Positions 55,511 through 60,259 of a stretch of DNA of 60,259 nt are shown in pieces. The stretch covers positions 1 to 60,259 of the forward strand of contig JAYUVP010000322.1 of assembly GCA_043753995.1 (NCBI GenBank), given 5' to 3'. A program made the translations under genes and the position numbers. The stretch comes from Fibrobacterota bacterium. GTDB taxonomy: Bacteria > Fibrobacterota > Fibrobacteria > UBA11236. Under the pieces are notes generated by a model. That model did no database searches, was not told the DNA's origin, and saw only the letters and a list, made by a program, of their open reading frames with translations. Every line of letters starts with the position of its first letter. Position 1 is the stretch's first letter.

Positions 55511-58500
55511 ATGAAAATATCCTCCGTCTCATCTACCCTAGTCTCCCTGTGTTCCGGGGAGAAAAAGCTTCCTCCGTCCAGGCTGGCCTTATTGGGCATT
55601 AATCTTGCCCTGGCCTTAGCCTATTTCACCTTGGGCTCTCTCTCTCTATCCCTGACCACCGCACCGGTCTATTCAGCCTCCTTTTGGCCAGCGGCGGGAT
55701 TGGCCTTGGCCTCGGCGCAAATGTGGGGCTTTTGCACCTTGCCTGGATTATGGCTGGGGGCTTTCACCGTTGAACTTTGGGCCGTTTTGCATTTCGGCAA
55801 TTCGTTCTCGCCCACCCTGATTTTTCAGCAGGCCATCATCGCCCTGGGGCCCATTGTTCAGGCTTCCGCTGGAGCCTTATGGCTACGACGTTGGGGCCGG
55901 GCGGCCTTGCCTCTCGACACCTTGTCGAGCGTTTTGCGTTTCACCTTGATTTGGGTGCCCTTGCTTTGCGTGGTGAGTTCAAGTTGGTGCGTTTTTTGGA
56001 TGACCCAATGGAATTTCATCGCTCCGGGGCTGAAAGGCTTTGCCTGGTTATCCTGGTGGGCAGGTGACACCTTGGGCATTGTCTTGGCGGCTCCGGCGAT
56101 GTGGATGCTCTTCAGCTCGCCGCGCTGGCTTTGGCGCCCTCGCCTGCTCAATGTGGGTGTTCCCGTACTGGTCTCATTGGCGGTGGTGGGATATTGTTTC
56201 GCCTGGACCAGCCGCTGGGAACAGCGCAAGGTCGAAATGGAGTTTCAGCGCCGCAGCATAGCCTTGAGCAATGCCATAGATCGAGAGTTGCGCCTGGTTT
56301 TAGAAAACCTGCAAGGTCTGGAAGACAATTTCGGCGGACACCCCGACATGGGTGGCCCCGGCTTCAAGATTGCGGGCATGGGTCTTATTTCCCGGGTGCT
56401 AGGGGTGGTGGGCGTGGGCTTTGCACCGCGCATCACGCCTGAAAATCAAGCCGCTTGGCTGAAGCAAGCCCAGGTCCTGGGGCTGAATGCTTGGGACATA
56501 CACGATCTGGATGGAGACGGGAAATCGGTGCCTCCCGAGGCCCGGTCCGAGCAATATCCGCTTTTATTCGTGATGCCTGACAAACTCGCCTATGCCGTAG
56601 GCATGACCTTGACGCATGAACCGGTTCGGCGCGAGGCCATCCAATATGCCATGGCGACAGGTAACACTGGCGTGACGTCACGCTTGTATTTCTCCCGTGC
56701 GGCAGGCCAACAGCTTGATTCGGCGCACAATACCGCCCTGGAAGCTCAATTGCAAAGGCCCGGCGGTCACTATGCTTTTCGACCCATTTTTCGCGGCATA
56801 GGCTCAGCCGAAGGCGTTGGCCGAAAGTGGACCCAGGAAGAGCGCGACAAAGTCTGGGGCCTGCTTGTCATCGCCTTTCGCCTTCCCGATTTGCTCGACA
56901 AAGCCTGTGCTGGCGGGCAAACCAAGGGCCTTTCCCTGTTTATTACGGACACCGCCATACACGATGATTCCCGGCTTCTCTTTAGTTCGAACTTGCCTGG
57001 CCGCGATGGCCGCATTCCCGGTGGCTTTGCCCACGAAGAAAAAAATCCTGCCATACGCCATGCCGTCATCCTGAATGCCGGCGGCCGTTCCTGGCAATTG
57101 AGCTTTGCCAGCACCTCGGAGTTTTTAGGCGGACAACGCGCCTGGACGGCCTGGACCCTGCTGGCGCTGGGCCTGCTTTTCACCAGCCTTCTGAGCGGCT
57201 TTCTATTGGTCATCACGGGTCGAGTCGCTCATACCGAATTGTTGATCGACGAACGCACCCGTGACTTGCAACTCACCAATGTGGAGTTGCGTGATGCTAA
57301 AGACGCTGCCCTGGCGGCCAGCCGAGCCAAGAGCGAATTTCTCGCCACCATGAGTCATGAAATACGCACCCCCATGAATGGGGTTTTAGGCATGGTTTCC
57401 CTGCTGCAGGAAACACCGATGAACGAAGAGCAGGCCGAGTATTTGCGCGCCGCGCAAACTTCAGGCGAAGGACTGCTCGACATCGTGAATGATATTCTCG
57501 ACTTTTCCAAGGTCGAAGCCGGCAAGCTGAATATTGTCCCCATTTCATTTGACTTGCATGGTCTTTGCCAGGAAATTTGCAGCCTCTTCTCTTCGCGTTT
57601 CGCCGAGAAAAAAATCGAGTTGATTCTAGATATCGATCCCAAATTGCCCCGCCGGTTTTTGGGAGATGCCGTTCGGATTCGCCAAATTCTTGTCAATCTC
57701 TGCGGCAATGCCCTGAAATTCACCCATGAAGGCCATGTGCGACTCAGCGTCTCCTGCCCGGTCCAAACCGATAGCATGCGCCGAATCGTCCTGGACGTCG
57801 AGGACAGCGGCATCGGCATCGATTCAGAAAAGATCAGCCAATTATTCCAACCCTTCACCCAAGCGGATACCAGCACCACGCGCCGATTTGGCGGCACGGG
57901 TCTTGGCCTTGCCATTTGCAAGCGCCTGGTCGGCCTCATGGACGGCGAGATTGAAGTGCGCAGCCAGGTGGGTCAAGGTGCGACCTTTAGCGTGAACTTG
58001 CCTTTGCAGTGTGAAGATGAAACACCCACGGTAGCCTTGGCCTTGCCCGAAATTCCCACCTTGATTTGGGATAGCCATGCCGTGGGCGGTGCCGTCACTT
58101 TGCGGGAATTGCAGGCCCGTAGTCTCGCCTGTATCCTGGTCCGCGAAGAAGGCGAGGCGCTAGAACATTTACGCCAGGGTCTGGCCAAGGCGATGCCCTT
58201 CCGATTTGTCATCCTAGTGGGTAGGCATGGTAGCTCCGAGCCGGTTTCCAAGCTGGCCGCCTTGCGCCAAGCCGGCGGCCCGAATATGTGCCTATTGGTT
58301 TTCGCTGCCACCCATAAAGGCGAAAGTGGTTTGCTGCGCGCTGCCGGAGCCGATGCTTATTTGGTAAGCCCCATTGAACCGGATTTACTCGACAAAACCC
58401 TGCAATCCCTGCTGGAAATCGAGCCCATAGCCACCCAGGCCAAGCTAAACCCCGAACCTCCCGTACCGGGCCCGACTACGATGCCAGGCCAGGACAAAGG

Positions 58501-58912
58501 GCCGACGTGGAAGGTCTTATTGGCGGAAGACAATCGCGTCAATCAAAAGGTTGCCCAACGCATGCTCGAAAAGCTGGGCTGCGAAGTGCTGATTGCCAAC
58601 AATGGCCTAGAGGCCTTGGCCCTGGTCAAGGAACACGTTTTCGACGCGGTATTCATGGATGTACAAATGCCCGAATGCGACGGCTATGAAGCCACGCGGG
58701 GCTTGCGCGAAATGGAAAAGCGAGACAAGCGCTTCCCTTCTGGACATCGCCTGCCCATCGTCGCCATGACGGCCAATGCCATGCAGGGAGACAAAGAGCT
58801 ATGCCTGCAAGCCGGCATGGACGATTATCTGAGCAAGCCGGTGCGACCCGACGATTTACGCGCCGTGGTCGACATCTACTTGCGCAATCACCCGCGCACG
58901 GCCAAAAGCTAG
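55511..58912 (+). CDS. Hybrid sensor histidine kinase (MASE1-CHASE-HisKA-HATPase-REC-REC)
   Basis: FWPAAGLA and WWAGDTLG (MASE1); EPVRREAI (CHASE); KSEFLATMSHEIRTPMNG; FGGTGLGL; LLAEDNRVNQ, FMDVQMP, MTANAM, LSKP. Confidence 0.93.
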   Translation: MKISSVSSTLVSLCSGEKKLPPSRLALLGINLALALAYFTLGSLSLSLTTAPVYSASFWPAAGLALASAQMWGFCTLPGLWLGAFTVELWAVLHFGNSFSPTLIFQQAIIALGPIVQASAGALWLRRWGRAALPLDTLSSVLRFTLIWVPLLCVVSSSWCVFWMTQWNFIAPGLKGFAWLSWWAGDTLGIVLAAPAMWMLFSSPRWLWRPRLLNVGVPVLVSLAVVGYCFAWTSRWEQRKVEMEFQRRSIALSNAIDRELRLVLENLQGLEDNFGGHPDMGGPGFKIAGMGLISRVLGVVGVGFAPRITPENQAAWLKQAQVLGLNAWDIHDLDGDGKSVPPEARSEQYPLLFVMPDKLAYAVGMTLTHEPVRREAIQYAMATGNTGVTSRLYFSRAAGQQLDSAHNTALEAQLQRPGGHYAFRPIFRGIGSAEGVGRKWTQEERDKVWGLLVIAFRLPDLLDKACAGGQTKGLSLFITDTAIHDDSRLLFSSNLPGRDGRIPGGFAHEEKNPAIRHAVILNAGGRSWQLSFASTSEFLGGQRAWTAWTLLALGLLFTSLLSGFLLVITGRVAHTELLIDERTRDLQLTNVELRDAKDAALAASRAKSEFLATMSHEIRTPMNGVLGMVSLLQETPMNEEQAEYLRAAQTSGEGLLDIVNDILDFSKVEAGKLNIVPISFDLHGLCQEICSLFSSRFAEKKIELILDIDPKLPRRFLGDAVRIRQILVNLCGNALKFTHEGHVRLSVSCPVQTDSMRRIVLDVEDSGIGIDSEKISQLFQPFTQADTSTTRRFGGTGLGLAICKRLVGLMDGEIEVRSQVGQGATFSVNLPLQCEDETPTVALALPEIPTLIWDSHAVGGAVTLRELQARSLACILVREEGEALEHLRQGLAKAMPFRFVILVGRHGSSEPVSKLAALRQAGGPNMCLLVFAATHKGESGLLRAAGADAYLVSPIEPDLLDKTLQSLLEIEPIATQAKLNPEPPVPGPTTMPGQDKGPTWKVLLAEDNRVNQKVAQRMLEKLGCEVLIANNGLEALALVKEHVFDAVFMDVQMPECDGYEATRGLREMEKRDKRFPSGHRLPIVAMTANAMQGDKELCLQAGMDDYLSKPVRPDDLRAVVDIYLRNHPRTAKS

Positions 58913-58919
58913 GGACCGA

Positions 58920-59918
58920 TTAAGCGAAGAGCTTTTCTGCGATTTGCACCGCATTGAGCGCCGCGCCTTTGCGGATTTGATCGCCCACTACCCAGAAGTC
59001 CAAGGTATTCGGCTGGGAAATGTCTTTGCGCAAGCGACCGACCAAGGCAGGGTCCTTGCCCGAAGCGTCCAGGGGCATGGGCCAGCGATTATTGGCGCGG
59101 TCTTCGAGGATTTCAACACCCGGGGCCTGGCGCAGCAAGGCATAGGCCTCTTCGAGCGAAGGATCGCGTTCGAATTCCACATTGACGGCTTCGCTATGCG
59201 CGCGCAGCACGGGCACGCGCACGCAGGTGGCATGCACGCGTATCGAATCGTCGTGGAAAATCTTGCGAGTCTCCTTCACCATTTTCAATTCTTCCTCGCA
59301 ATAGCCATTGTCGGTCATGGGAGAATTGTGAGGAAAGACATTGAAGGCATAGGGATGCGGGATCACGGTACGATTGAAGGGCTGGCCATCGAGATAGGCG
59401 CGAGTTTCCCCTGCGAGTTCATCCATGGCGACGGCTCCGGCGCCACTGGCGGCCTGATACGTGCAAACCACCACGCGCTTCACGCCGTATTTCTTATGCA
59501 AAGGAAAAAGCGGCAAGGCCATGATGATGGTGCTGCAATTGGGATTGGCGATAATGCCCTGGTGCTTGGCAATGTCCTCGGGATTGATTTCCGGTATCAC
59601 CAGAGGCACGTCGGGATGCATGCGAAAATAAGAGGTATTGTCCACCACCACGGCGCCGGCCTTCACTGCCGAAGGCGCGAATTCCTTGGAGATTTTTCCA
59701 CCCGCCGAAGCCAAAACCAAATCCACGCCTTTAAAGCTGTCATGGGTCAATTCTTCGACGACCAAATCGGTGTTTTGAAATCGCAGGGTTTTACCCGCCG
59801 ATTTTTTCGAAGCCAAAAGCTTGAGATCAGCGATGGGAAAGCGGCGCTCGGCCAGGATGGCGAGCAATTCGGTACCGACCGCACCGGTCGCACCCATGAT
59901 GGCGATTTTAACACTCAT
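58920..59918 (-). CDS. asd: Aspartate-semialdehyde dehydrogenase
   Basis: IAIMGATGAVG, VDNTSYFRM, IIANPNCST, YQAASGAG, TCVRVPV, DQIRKGAALNAVQIAE. Start placed at MSVKIA (59918). Confidence 0.97.
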   Translation of the reverse strand: MSVKIAIMGATGAVGTELLAILAERRFPIADLKLLASKKSAGKTLRFQNTDLVVEELTHDSFKGVDLVLASAGGKISKEFAPSAVKAGAVVVDNTSYFRMHPDVPLVIPEINPEDIAKHQGIIANPNCSTIIMALPLFPLHKKYGVKRVVVCTYQAASGAGAVAMDELAGETRAYLDGQPFNRTVIPHPYAFNVFPHNSPMTDNGYCEEELKMVKETRKIFHDDSIRVHATCVRVPVLRAHSEAVNVEFERDPSLEEAYALLRQAPGVEILEDRANNRWPMPLDASGKDPALVGRLRKDISQPNTLDFWVVGDQIRKGAALNAVQIAEKLFA

Positions 59919-60020
59919 AGTAATCCTCGAAATGTCCTCAGCAGAATTGTCCAAAGTAGCTAAAAGGCCCATGAAAGCTACCTTGCGCCTGCTCCCTCTT
60001 TTATGCCCAAGGATAGGCCC

Positions 60021-60259
60021 ATGACCGTCTTTCACCCCTCCCCCATTGACGCTCCCGCCACCTTCCCTGCCCGCCATTTCGGCCCCGGAGAAGGCGAAAT
60101 CCAGGAAATGCTGGCGGCCTTGGGACTGCCGAGCCTCGATGCCCTCATCGAGCGCACCGTGCCCGAGGCCATTCGCCTGCGCGGCGGCCTGGACTTGCAG
60201 GGGATGGGCGACGAGGCGGCCTTTTTGCGCGAAGCGGCGGCCGTGGCGGCCAAGAATAA
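60021..60259 (+). CDS. gcvP: Glycine dehydrogenase (glycine cleavage P protein), 5' part
   Basis: Manual translation MTVFHPSPIDAPATFPARHFGPGEGEIQEMLAALGLPSLDALIERTVPEAIRL...AAKN; runs off the window. Confidence 0.88.
   Translation, partial: MTVFHPSPIDAPATFPARHFGPGEGEIQEMLAALGLPSLDALIERTVPEAIRLRGGLDLQGMGDEAAFLREAAAVAAKN

Noticed and set aside
58944..59963. 339-aa plus-strand ORF, and similar long antisense ORFs at 23895-25493, 15367-16422, 17622-18746 and 9196-9999
   Set aside because: They lie directly opposite well-supported genes (asd, pnp, nusA, infB, barrel). They are shadow ORFs from codon bias with no recognisable motifs.

Overview
Chromosomal segment of a GC-rich diderm bacterium. 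The style of the genes is reminiscent of the Fibrobacterota/FCB group, but this is inference and was not tested. Left arm (1-14.8 kb, mostly minus strand): cyclophilin, an RLAN/RimK ATP-grasp plus C39-like peptidase pair with a divergent transglutaminase, outer-membrane proteins, an orphan DUF2063-like gene, a DnaA-box cluster, ftsB, dprA and mazG. Centre: the core rimP-nusA-infB-rbfA-truB-ribF-rpsO-pnp-M16 peptidase cluster. Around 30-36 kb: a sigma-54 promoter in front of a His/Lys-rich secreted coiled-coil protein, followed by a TPR/beta-barrel gene and an NtrC-type two-component system. At 38-55.5 kb: a type IV pilus locus (giant Ig-repeat lipoprotein, beta-barrel, pilC, pilin, minor pilins, pilMNOPQ) that is split by a ~4 kb toxin-antitoxin island (AbrB-Doc, MNT-HEPN, wHTH-nucleotidyltransferase, RHH-Doc, plus a diverged doc fragment). 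Several toxins in the island are broken while every antitoxin is intact. The window ends with a MASE1-CHASE hybrid kinase, asd and the 5' end of gcvP. Many transcription-unit first genes carry a TAnnnT -10 box only 6-10 nt before the ATG, suggesting widespread leaderless expression. No rRNA, tRNA, CRISPR array or transposase was recognised. All assignments are by eye from motifs and context; no database searches were run.
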